Assembly: GCA_963662275.1 (NCBI GenBank)
Contig: OY759316.1
Coordinates: 32,001-96,000 of the forward strand
Direction of reading: 5' to 3'
DNA from: Candidatus Cloacimonadales bacterium
GTDB lineage: Bacteria > Cloacimonadota > Cloacimonadia > Cloacimonadales > DAONDQ01
Length of the DNA: 64,000 bases
Shown here: piece after piece, positions 39,921 through 51,225 of the stretch
Numbering within the stretch: the stretch's first letter is position 1
Layout of the letters: the number at the start of each line of letters is the position of its first letter
Notes under the pieces: generated by a model
Told to the model about the DNA's origin: nothing
The model's input: the letters and a program-made list of their open reading frames with translations, nothing else
Databases searched by the model: none
Made by a program: the position numbers and the translations under genes

Positions 39921-40381
39921 GAATGTCTCTCCTCAGGCACAATAAAATTATTATCTATGAGTCTTATACGTTAATAAGTATTTTGAAGGCAAGGAATAAT
40001 TTGATTGTACCCTTCTTATGATTTATGATCGAAGTTAGCACATGTGTTTAAAAAGCTTGAACAGGATTTGGAAACTCTGTGGTTACTTGAAAATAGTGTA
40101 AAATAAAAACCCGTTTTTTTATAAAGGGGTTATAATAGATATGTGAACAAAATATCTTGTTCATAAAAATAAAGAATGTAGATATGGGTATCTACATGAA
40201 GGAAGAAAACATGAATATTATTGAACATTTGGTTTGGGGATAGTTGTTCTCCTGGTTGTTAATTAATGGTCTGTAGGAATTTCTGAACATTCGGTTAACA
40301 ATGTTAGACAAAATCATAATTAGTATTCTGTTACACTTTGTTCTATTTGTTTGTATTGAGTAAAAAAAATGTCACTTCAAG

Positions 40382-40409
40382 AAAAGGGTTGGGTTACAAA
40401 CCCAACCCC
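40382..40409 (-). terminator. intrinsic terminator
   Basis: Minus strand GGGTTGGGTT-tgt-AACCCAACCC-TTTT. Confidence 0.75.
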
Positions 40410-40430
40410 ATAACAGCTTTCAAAGTTATA

Positions 40431-40889
40431 TTACATCACATGTGTCAACATCGACGCCTCTTCAATTTCCAGCAACAAACCATTCTGCATAGCTTCCACA
40501 ATTGTCCTTACTAGATACCCATTCTGCAGGATATCTTCTCTCGTAAGAGTAGCCAGATCAATCTCCGGGTGTTGTTTCTTCAACGACCACATCATCCGGG
40601 AAAACAGACCATACGCTCTGATTGCAATTTTATCTTTTGAGGGATGGGTGCTTTGCAGAGCCAGGGCATAATTGGCAAGATCACGTTTGTATTCAGTTGA
40701 TAGAGATTCAAACAGGACATGCAGGTTTTTGGTGATTTTACCGAATTTATGATTATCTTCTGTGATTTCACGGATGGGTAGATTTTTAGTGATGGGTAAT
40801 TCCCCATTATTATACAGGGTATAGACAAGTTTCTCTTTGCGATTGATACCGTGGAAACTTCTGACGGCATTTTTGAATTTAGTTTTCAT
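40431..40889 (-). CDS. hypothetical protein
   Basis: AAGGAG RBS, own terminator, 152 aa, no recognisable motif. Confidence 0.75.
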   Translation of the reverse strand: MKTKFKNAVRSFHGINRKEKLVYTLYNNGELPITKNLPIREITEDNHKFGKITKNLHVLFESLSTEYKRDLANYALALQSTHPSKDKIAIRAYGLFSRMMWSLKKQHPEIDLATLTREDILQNGYLVRTIVEAMQNGLLLEIEEASMLTHVM

Positions 40890-40911
40890 GAGATAACTCC
40901 TTCGTCGTTAT

Positions 40912-41732
40912 AGGTTTTAGGTGTTAGGTTCTAGGTGCAAGGTGCCAGAGTAGAGAAGAACTAACGCCCCCTTAATCCCCCTCTTTACAAAATTGGGGGG
41001 GAATGCAGAGCAGAGAAGATCAGACAGTAAGATCGGCATCTTACTCCACAATTGGATATACTACCGTAAATCCCTACACTCTTACATTTTACATATTCCA
41101 TCTTCCATTTCTCCCCTTAACCTGTTAGCTATGGAGCGAAAAGAATTCGCTCATCCGCCTTAAAGAATAAGGCGCTACAGTCTGAACCTGTTAGCTGTTC
41201 CCTATACTAGTACCTAATACCTAGAACCTTCTTCATACACATATCTAGCCGGACAAAATGCAAAAATTTGAGACAAATATGGAATTATTTTCCAAATTGT
41301 GAAAATAATGGATGAAGTTAAGAATTGGCTTTGCAGAAGGGAATAGGGAATAGGGAATAGCAAATAGGGAATAGGGAATAGGGAATAGCTCAGAGAAAAG
41401 CTGGCAGAATTGAAGAGTGAAGATTGAAGATTTGGCAGAACAGAGAAGAACTAGCTCTCCCGTCACTTCGTGCCAGTTGCTTTACAAATGGGAGAAATTA
41501 GTAAGATCGGCGTCTTACTCTACACGGAGCAGAAGAAACTCTCCCCTAACCCCTCTCTTTAGTAAAAGCGAGGGAACAGATTGCTCTTCTCTTCTTACTT
41601 CTTATTTCTTGTTTCTTACTTCTTACTTCTTATTTCTTACTTCGATATGAGTTAGTTCTGCTCTTTCTACAAGCTTTTACAATGCCACTCTTCAATCTTC
41701 AATTCTGCAAGCTCTGCTATTCCAATTCTTAA
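40912..41732. repeat. large nested repeat region: heptamer arrays (TAGGTNY, GGGAATA, TTCTTAC, TTGAAGA), REP hairpins and linkers
   Basis: Several inverted pairs nested inside each other; see findings. Confidence 0.85.
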
Positions 41733-41742
41733 TTTTTAATTT

Positions 41743-42216
41743 TTATTTTTTAATTAAGCGTAGCGTTAAGCTTCTCACTTCGTCCTTCGCACTTCTCACT
41801 TCGTACTTCCCCACGTCCACCCAGCGTTTTGTTCCATTATAATGAAAAGATAACAACCAAGTCCCCAGAGGTAATAATTTCTCTGCAAGAATAGGCCATT
41901 CAATTACAGTGATTCCACTATCAATCATATCTGTGATACCTAAATCCAAGACTTCATATTCTTCTTGCAGACGATATAGGTCAAAATGAAAGACCGGAAT
42001 TCTACCAGTAAAATACTCATTTAAAATGACGAAAGTAGGACTTGTGACAGATTCATTAATGCCAAGTGCTTGGCATAAACACTGAGTGAAGAATGTTTTT
42101 CCAGCTCCCAGTTCGCCGGAGAGCGCTAAAACGTCTCCGGCTTTCAATTGGGGAGCAATCAATTTTGCAAAGTGGACAGTGTCCTTTTTTGAATTAAGCT
42201 GATAGTTATTTTTCAC
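41743..42216 (-). CDS. tsaE: tRNA threonylcarbamoyladenosine biosynthesis ATPase
   Basis: LSGELGAGKTFF, VTSPTF, HFDLYRL, VIEWP. Confidence 0.95.
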   Translation of the reverse strand: MKNNYQLNSKKDTVHFAKLIAPQLKAGDVLALSGELGAGKTFFTQCLCQALGINESVTSPTFVILNEYFTGRIPVFHFDLYRLQEEYEVLDLGITDMIDSGITVIEWPILAEKLLPLGTWLLSFHYNGTKRWVDVGKYEVRSAKDEVRSLTLRLIKK

Positions 42217-42222
42217 AAATTA

Positions 42223-43779
42223 TCATGTTTTAGGACGGCAAATAGAAACCGGTAAGATCATTTCTTCCATGGATACACCACCATGCTGGAATGTGCCATT
42301 GTATTGTTTTTGATATTGATGATAAGAATTTGGATAAACAAAGTAATAATCATCTTTGGCAAAGATAAAACTATCGACGATATTCTTGGAAGGTAATCCG
42401 AATTCCTCCGGTTTTTTCAAATAAATCGCATGTCGTTCATTACATGTAAGATTCTTCCCTTCCTTATAACGAACCGTTATTGTTGTTTCACGATCTCCCA
42501 CTACCTGGGTGGCACGGTTTACCTTAATTGAACCGTGGTCAGTTGTCATGACGACAATTCCTCCCTGCTTACTGATCAGCTTTAAAGTTTCATAGAGGGA
42601 AGAATGCAGGAACCAATGTTTAGTGAAAGCCCTGAGAGCTTCTTCATCCGGGATTGTTTCCTGGAGGATCATATCTCGCGAACGATGATGAGCTAACAGA
42701 TCAAGGAAGTTATAAACCAGTACGACCAATCTTTCTTTGTTCCAGGTATCAATCTTTCTCAAAACAAAATTGCCTTCTTCCATATTAAAAATCTTCACAT
42801 ATTTGGAAACGGGGTCGATCGTATGACCCAAATCTTCGATATGTTCATCTAGCAACTGATGTTCATTACGATTTTTACTATTATCCATTTCAGAAGATTC
42901 ATTCCAGTATTCGGGAAATCTCTTTGCGATATCGTTGGGTAACATACCACTAAAAATTGAATTACGTGAGTAAGGTGTTGCCGTAGGGAGAATAGAAAAA
43001 TAAAGATCCAGGTCAACTTCGAACAATTCCTTGAGGAAAGGTTCAATGGCAAAATATTGATCTAGTCTCATACAATCAAGGATGATAAAATAAACGGGTA
43101 CATCTAAATCAAACTGAGGAGATAGATATTCCGAAACAACGTCAAAAGAGAAGTTTGGACGGTCATCTGTTTTTAGCCATTTGGCATAATGACGTTCAAT
43201 ATAATTCGTAAATTCAGTATTGCAATTGCGCTTTTCCAGAAAATGCGTTTGGGCAAGAGAGGGATCATTAATTTCATCAAGCTTCAAATCCCAACTGCAT
43301 AACTGCTGATAAATCTGAATCCAATCCTTCCAGTCAGGATCGGTAAACAGTTTTTGGTTCAATTGAGCAGAAAATTGTGAATACTGTTCACCAATTTTAT
43401 TCTGTCTAATTTCATCTGCCTGGAATATCTTCTTGATCGACATGATGACTTGGTTCGGATTGATTGGTTTGATGAGATAATCGGTGATTTGGCTGGCAAT
43501 TGCATTATCCATCAAGCCTTCTTCTTCACTTTTCGTGACCATAATGATAGGAATAGAATTATTGATTTTCTTCATTTCGGCAAGAGTCGTTAGACCATCT
43601 AATCCCGGCATCATTTCATCCATAATTACAAGATCGAATTTGTCTTTTAGAAATAGTTCAATCGCATCTCCGCCATTATTGGCAGTAGCAACTTTATAAT
43701 CGCGATCTTCAAGGAATAGAACAAAGGGTTTCAGAAACTCAATTTCATCATCAACCCAAAGAATTTTCATTTGTTTCAT
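42223..43779 (-). CDS. porX: PorX-type response regulator with PglZ/alkaline-phosphatase domain
   Basis: ILWVDDE, DEMMPGLDG, MVTKSEEE receiver; DCMRLDQ, SILPTATPYSRNSIF, TTDHG, FQHGGVSMEEM; tsaE-adjacent as in Bacteroidota. Confidence 0.88.
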   Translation of the reverse strand: MKQMKILWVDDEIEFLKPFVLFLEDRDYKVATANNGGDAIELFLKDKFDLVIMDEMMPGLDGLTTLAEMKKINNSIPIIMVTKSEEEGLMDNAIASQITDYLIKPINPNQVIMSIKKIFQADEIRQNKIGEQYSQFSAQLNQKLFTDPDWKDWIQIYQQLCSWDLKLDEINDPSLAQTHFLEKRNCNTEFTNYIERHYAKWLKTDDRPNFSFDVVSEYLSPQFDLDVPVYFIILDCMRLDQYFAIEPFLKELFEVDLDLYFSILPTATPYSRNSIFSGMLPNDIAKRFPEYWNESSEMDNSKNRNEHQLLDEHIEDLGHTIDPVSKYVKIFNMEEGNFVLRKIDTWNKERLVVLVYNFLDLLAHHRSRDMILQETIPDEEALRAFTKHWFLHSSLYETLKLISKQGGIVVMTTDHGSIKVNRATQVVGDRETTITVRYKEGKNLTCNERHAIYLKKPEEFGLPSKNIVDSFIFAKDDYYFVYPNSYHQYQKQYNGTFQHGGVSMEEMILPVSICRPKT

Positions 43780-43798
43780 GTAGTCACCTCATATTCAG

Positions 43799-43891
43799 AT
43801 TCAGCAGGATTAATATCCTACTTTTCAACATTCAGCAGGATTGACATCCTACTCTACAACATTCAGCAGGATCGGAGTCCTGCACTACAAG
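43799..43891 (-). repeat. three tandem 31-bp REP-like units
   Basis: ATTCAGCAGGAT-N5-TCCT... at 43799, 43830 and 43861; on the minus strand two units begin GTAG followed by a hairpin. Confidence 0.85.
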
Positions 43892-43924
43892 CAATCATCT
43901 GATAACCATGGTGATGAGCAAACT

Positions 43925-44551
43925 TTATTGAACTCCTCCCTGTTTTTGGCTTTCTTCTTCAAAACGACGTTGCCTTTCTTTGATGGTTTGCCTCATTTGA
44001 TCAAGATCTTCATCTTGAAAATAGAGAGCAAGTTTAAAATTTAATTCTTTTGTTGAGCAATTGAAGAAGGCAGTCATTTTTTCGAGATACTGTTCAGCAA
44101 GGACATCCTTCAGTGTTTTATCCAATTTCTTTTCTTTCAGTTTGATTTCTTTAATTTTATCCTTCAAATCTTGTGTAGGAAGAGTTCTTGCCTGTTCCAA
44201 CCATTCTTCCTGTTCTTCGAAGGTTGCTTTCTGGATGATGGGTTTGATCATGGCTAATCGATCAACACCGATATTCTTAACATCGGTCTCATCCACATCC
44301 AATTCTTCTACATAGAGTTCATAGATACCAATCAGTTTATTCGCCATGGAGTTATTTAACTTCAATTCAGTTTCTACAAAATCTCTAAAATTCTGATACC
44401 CTTTTAACCGGTATGCATGAGAGCGTTTAATCTGTGAGAAGATTTCTCCAAGAGCTAAAAAATGGTCTTCTATCTTGCTTCTTAGGGTAACAATCATTTC
44501 AAATTTTTCTTCTGGAGTCATCACTTCACTATTTTGTTGGATTGGTGGCAT
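43925..44551 (-). CDS. hypothetical helical protein, possible DNA-binding
   Basis: GAGG RBS; FLALGEIFSQIKRSHAYRLKGYQNFRDFVETEL resembles DUF3102/partition-associated HTH proteins. Confidence 0.65.
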   Translation of the reverse strand: MPPIQQNSEVMTPEEKFEMIVTLRSKIEDHFLALGEIFSQIKRSHAYRLKGYQNFRDFVETELKLNNSMANKLIGIYELYVEELDVDETDVKNIGVDRLAMIKPIIQKATFEEQEEWLEQARTLPTQDLKDKIKEIKLKEKKLDKTLKDVLAEQYLEKMTAFFNCSTKELNFKLALYFQDEDLDQMRQTIKERQRRFEEESQKQGGVQ

Positions 44552-44568
44552 TGATTACCTCTAATATG

Positions 44569-45384
44569 TTATTCTGTTTCCTTGTGAATCGGAAAATAGA
44601 TGTGTTCTTCAGCAGGGAACTGATTCGATTTTACATCATGGATGTAAGCCTTTATGGCATCAGGAATGACTTTTGATAGATCTGCATATTGTTTCACAAA
44701 CTTGGGAAGTATATCAGACATCCCTAGAATGTCATGATAGACCATGACCTGTCCATCGGTATATCTTCCTGCACCGATACCAATTGTGGGAATGCTGATC
44801 TTTTCTGAAATTTCCTGACCAAGAGCTTCCGGGATTCCTTCCAGGACAAGCATGAAAGCACCTGCATTCGCAACCGCATATGCTTGTTCAAGGATGATCT
44901 GATATTCCTTCTCTTCTTTTCCCTGCACTTTGTAACCACCAAAGATATTGATGGATTGCGGGGTTAATCCAAGATGGGCAACGACAGGTATCTCACAATC
45001 AATGATTGCATGTATGGCTTGAAGACGGCTGGGATTTCCACCTTCAATTTTGACTGCATTTGCTCTTCCCCTGATAATTAATTCAGATGCGTTTCTTTTT
45101 GTTTCATCCAAGGAAAGATGGTAAGTCATAAAAGGCATATCAGCAATGATAAATGCTTCCGGAGCACCTTTACGAGTTGCTATGCAATGTTGTACCATAT
45201 CTTCCATAGTTACTTGGATAGTATTTTCATAACCATGCATTACCATGCCAACACTATCTCCGACAAGGATAACATCTACCTGTGCTTCTACTGCAAATTT
45301 AGCAGAAGGATAATCATAAGCAGTCAGCATCACAATTTTCTCGCCTTTCTGCTTCATTTTTTTGAATGAAGTAATATTTGGCAT
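44569..45384 (-). CDS. panB: 3-methyl-2-oxobutanoate hydroxymethyltransferase
   Basis: IVMLTAYD, ILVGDSVGM, ADMPF, AVKIEGG, HLGLTPQS, PTIGIGAG. Confidence 0.97.
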   Translation of the reverse strand: MPNITSFKKMKQKGEKIVMLTAYDYPSAKFAVEAQVDVILVGDSVGMVMHGYENTIQVTMEDMVQHCIATRKGAPEAFIIADMPFMTYHLSLDETKRNASELIIRGRANAVKIEGGNPSRLQAIHAIIDCEIPVVAHLGLTPQSINIFGGYKVQGKEEKEYQIILEQAYAVANAGAFMLVLEGIPEALGQEISEKISIPTIGIGAGRYTDGQVMVYHDILGMSDILPKFVKQYADLSKVIPDAIKAYIHDVKSNQFPAEEHIYFPIHKETE

Positions 45385-45394
45385 ATGAGGATTC

Positions 45395-45916
45395 TTATTC
45401 TTTAGTATTTTGATCCCCTTCTCTTTGATTGGCATCACCTTCACCTTCAGCCTTAGTATCGGTTGACAATGATCGATCATCATTTGCCATGAAAGCAGCA
45501 TCAGAATCTAACCGTCCCTCTTTGTATATCAGGTTGTACATGACAGCTCCATACGCATACCAACCAAAGAATTGACCATCTAATCTGCCATCCTTATAAT
45601 CTGCAAACATCATCTTTTGTCCCAGTGAATACCAGGCGTAAGTAGGTCCATTCCGCAATCCGTCACGAAGGTAGATTACCTTTTTTAATTTTTCATTGGC
45701 ATATTTGTCAAAGATAACACCTGTAAAGGGCTTATCTTGAAAGCTATAGTGCTCATCGTTGACCTGCATGGATGAAATTGGAATAGCAGCAGCAGGTAAT
45801 TTATAGCTATCAATATCAACATCATCTTCCAGTGAATAAATGATATAGGCAGGAATAAGCAATACTAGGCACAATAACAAATTGCGTAAAAGCGAGAACG
45901 TAAGAAGTTTTTTCAT
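45395..45916 (-). CDS. membrane-anchored MORN-variant (YwqK-like) repeat protein
   Basis: TM helix; KPFTG, DGLRNGPTYAWY, KDGRLDGQFFGWY repeats. Confidence 0.7.
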   Translation of the reverse strand: MKKLLTFSLLRNLLLCLVLLIPAYIIYSLEDDVDIDSYKLPAAAIPISSMQVNDEHYSFQDKPFTGVIFDKYANEKLKKVIYLRDGLRNGPTYAWYSLGQKMMFADYKDGRLDGQFFGWYAYGAVMYNLIYKEGRLDSDAAFMANDDRSLSTDTKAEGEGDANQREGDQNTKE

Positions 45917-45991
45917 CTTGATTCCTCATTTTATGACTATACATGTATTATAAGTTATATTGATTCAGAGTGAAGTCAAGCGTCAAGGGAA

Positions 45992-48444
<2,453 letters not shown>

Positions 48445-48522
48445 ACAACTCCAAAGCGTAATTTTTTATTAAAAGACCAGTTAGAAAGACATCATACGTT
48501 GGTCAAGAGAATTGCAGTTATG

Positions 48523-49008
48523 TTATTTATCTCCGAGAACTCGATTGAGAAGATTCGTTGTTTCTCTTACATTCTCGAACAAATCCCGATAATCAGCATC
48601 TGGTTGAATATCCAGACCGGCAACTTTCTTATCAACATTAGTTTCACCCCAATTGTAGGCTGCCAGGGCAAGACTCCAATTCTGATCATACTTCTTGAGT
48701 AGATAATGCAAATACTGGGCAGATATTTTCAAGTTATAATAAGGAAAAAAGAGCATTCCTCGATGATACTTAGAATCCAGGTAACGGGCGGTGGCTTCTC
48801 TTACCTGACCAGGACCTATCGCTTGCTGTGGTGAGATGACAAGGCTCCTGAATGTACTTTCCTGCTTGATGAGTTTATAAAAATACAGAGTTTTTAAATG
48901 ATATGAATGCGCTATGCTATATGCCATGATCCTTACCGAAAATGGATTATAAATAAGGATGATAAGGGTTAATACCAAAAAGAGGAATTTGATGATCAGT
49001 GATTTCAT
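48523..49008 (-). CDS. lytic transglycosylase (SLT domain)
   Basis: IKQES catalytic motif, AIGPGQV, LALAAYNWG, ET. Confidence 0.85.
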   Translation of the reverse strand: MKSLIIKFLFLVLTLIILIYNPFSVRIMAYSIAHSYHLKTLYFYKLIKQESTFRSLVISPQQAIGPGQVREATARYLDSKYHRGMLFFPYYNLKISAQYLHYLLKKYDQNWSLALAAYNWGETNVDKKVAGLDIQPDADYRDLFENVRETTNLLNRVLGDK

Positions 49009-49658
49009 ATCTTCATTTTATGCCTGAAATATACAATATTTCGCTTAATCTTCTCGTTTTCAGGATCTAAGCTTAAAGCCTTTTCAAAATGATCCAGGAT
49101 CTCTTCATTGGAACGCTTCAAGGAAATCAGTATTGCTCCAATATTATTCGGAATTTGAGGATTCTGCGGATCAAAGGCTTCTGCTTCTCTCAAGTGTGTG
49201 AGAGCTTCATTCAATTGCCCTTTTTCTACTTCTGTTTGCGCCAGGTTTACCAGCTCTCTTGCACAAATGTTCTTTTCTCTTTTGATAGAATTACGGACTA
49301 ATTCCAAATATCTTTGGTAGGATAAATTCGTAGGATGCTGAGCAGCTAAATGAGTGAAGCTTTCCGTCGCTTCCTCCCAATGACGCAGCATGGATTGAGA
49401 TTGAGCATAGGCAAGCAGCGCAATTTCGTTATCAGGAACGGCAATAAGAACTTTATGCAAGTAATCCACGGCTTCTTCATATTTATACAGGCTAAGAAGT
49501 ATGATTCCCATATCGTACTGATATTCGGGTGTATTGGATATCATTAACACCTTTTGCATCCAATGATAAGCTTTCACATACCTGCCTTTCACTAAAGCCA
49601 TGATGCCCTTATAATGAAAGAATTTCAGCATGATATAATCTAACAAGTCCTTTAGCAT
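49005..49658 (-). CDS. tetratricopeptide repeat protein
   Basis: Repeated TPR patterns (YEEAVDYL..VPDN, EALTHL..DPQN, FEKALSLDPEN). Confidence 0.85.
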   Translation of the reverse strand: MLKDLLDYIMLKFFHYKGIMALVKGRYVKAYHWMQKVLMISNTPEYQYDMGIILLSLYKYEEAVDYLHKVLIAVPDNEIALLAYAQSQSMLRHWEEATESFTHLAAQHPTNLSYQRYLELVRNSIKREKNICARELVNLAQTEVEKGQLNEALTHLREAEAFDPQNPQIPNNIGAILISLKRSNEEILDHFEKALSLDPENEKIKRNIVYFRHKMKI

Positions 49659-49677
49659 ATTACTTGATAATTCCGAT

Positions 49678-50922
49678 TTAAAACAGTTTATTAATCATGA
49701 TCCGCTTACTGGGTGTCAAAAACTCTTCGCTTGCCCTGCGGATATTGGCAGTTATTTCATCTTCCGAGATATCCAGCATTTTACCAATTTCATAGATACG
49801 TGCCTTTTCATTGGTTTCCAGCCTTCCATCCAATAACGCAATGGGAATGAGACGTTCAAAGAGGATAAATTTATCTCCATCATGCAAATTGGAATAATAC
49901 GCACAGATTTCCTGAGTTTTCTTTTTTAAATCATCTAAATCCTGGAAATTCATATATACTTCAGGTTGGGTTGTATAGGCAGCGAGCCATTCAAATAGCA
50001 TTTTCCATTCTTTTTCACCGACTTCACCACCAGCTAAAGCAAGATAAAAACCGGCAGTAGATATGAGTTCAACAGCTTTTTTATCTTTTTCCTTCTTCGG
50101 ATGAATTTCCAGCAAGTTTAGCAAATCCAGGTTTTCCTTAAGCAGTTCTTCGCTTGATAATGCCTCGGATGATTCCTGGAAGGGATAGATCTTCGAATTG
50201 GAAAAGAGCTGAAGATTACGTATCCTGACAAGATGATTCGGATGTGAAGAAACAGAATCACCTTTGGCAATTTCACGAATCTGATCAAGTTGTTTCAAAT
50301 ACTCATCCACATCGAAGTTCAAATGCTGTTCAGATACACCTGCTGCAAATTTAAAGAAACACATCCCAATCGTCTTGATATTCGGAGCAGCCAGGAAACC
50401 TATCCGATCTGATGTGGTTTCAGCAAAACGCTGCCAGCGCATGAAATTTAACGCGATGAAAGCAGGGATTTCCTCATTTTCACGATTCCCCAATATCTTA
50501 TTTACTACATCAAGTTGACTATGTTTGTAGATCAGATGCCCAATCTCATGCCCGATCACAAAACGCAATTCATCATCGGAAAGTAAATTTATGAGCGAGG
50601 AAGTGAAGCAGATCATATGAGGGACAATGTTAAATCCGTTAATCGAAAAAGCATTCACCTCTGATGAAGCTTGCAGATAAAAGTCTATTGCTTCATGAAA
50701 ATCAAGAAGTTCAGATACTTCCCGACAAATATCATACAAACGGGGAGCAATGACCGGATTCAATTTTACAGAATGTGATAATAGATAGTTAGTGATGTCC
50801 TCAAGTTCTTCCTTATTATCAAAAATGTCATAATAACTGGATAAAGCAAAATCGTCTTCCAGCATCCTTACTAGTTCTTTTTCCGCTTCAAATCGCAATA
50901 GGTTAAAATCGAATTTTGCCAA
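49678..50922 (-). CDS. M48-family metallopeptidase with C-terminal TerB-like domain
   Basis: VNAFS, ELRFVIGHEIGH, AETTSDR, SSHP..VR; IALLDGRLETNEKARIYEIGKML. Confidence 0.8.
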   Translation of the reverse strand: MAKFDFNLLRFEAEKELVRMLEDDFALSSYYDIFDNKEELEDITNYLLSHSVKLNPVIAPRLYDICREVSELLDFHEAIDFYLQASSEVNAFSINGFNIVPHMICFTSSLINLLSDDELRFVIGHEIGHLIYKHSQLDVVNKILGNRENEEIPAFIALNFMRWQRFAETTSDRIGFLAAPNIKTIGMCFFKFAAGVSEQHLNFDVDEYLKQLDQIREIAKGDSVSSHPNHLVRIRNLQLFSNSKIYPFQESSEALSSEELLKENLDLLNLLEIHPKKEKDKKAVELISTAGFYLALAGGEVGEKEWKMLFEWLAAYTTQPEVYMNFQDLDDLKKKTQEICAYYSNLHDGDKFILFERLIPIALLDGRLETNEKARIYEIGKMLDISEDEITANIRRASEEFLTPSKRIMINKLF

Positions 50923-51225
50923 TTGTACCTCCAGTTTATTACATGATAAGCTCTCTCATAAGGAAAAAAAGCATGTCTACAAAGCTATTATAATATAGGT
51001 TTTTAAGCTCAATTTAGTCATTTCTGTCAATCGTTTTCTTTTCACTGGAAGATAGAAAGCATGTATTTTGATCATATCTTCTCCTGTAAGTTGCCTGTTG
51101 TATGCTCTGATTATAGTTGACATATTCTCTGGTCTTAAATTTGCATCATCAGTCTCATTAAGAGATAGGAGAAGTGAATTCTCAATAATAATTAGGGTAT
51201 AAAATTAAGGAACAAAGGAAGCAAC

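Noticed and set aside
41245..41650. ORFs 41245-41466 and 41417-41650
   Set aside because: Translations of heptamer arrays (FPIPYSL, LTSYFLF) with no RBS; likely spurious
43799..43891. Possible mini-CRISPR array
   Set aside because: The 31-bp period leaves no room for unique spacers, the units are whole degenerate hairpins, and no cas genes are in the window
45385..45501. Longer panB start given by the ORF track
   Set aside because: Overlaps the upstream gene; homology begins at MPNITSF (ATG 45384). Similar upstream over-extensions were trimmed for comEA, the M3 peptidase, rmuC, the radical SAM gene and the 12.3 and 52.8 kb genes
45395..45916. YwqK antitoxin of a TA system
   Set aside because: Generic MORN-variant repeats with a TM anchor and no adjacent toxin
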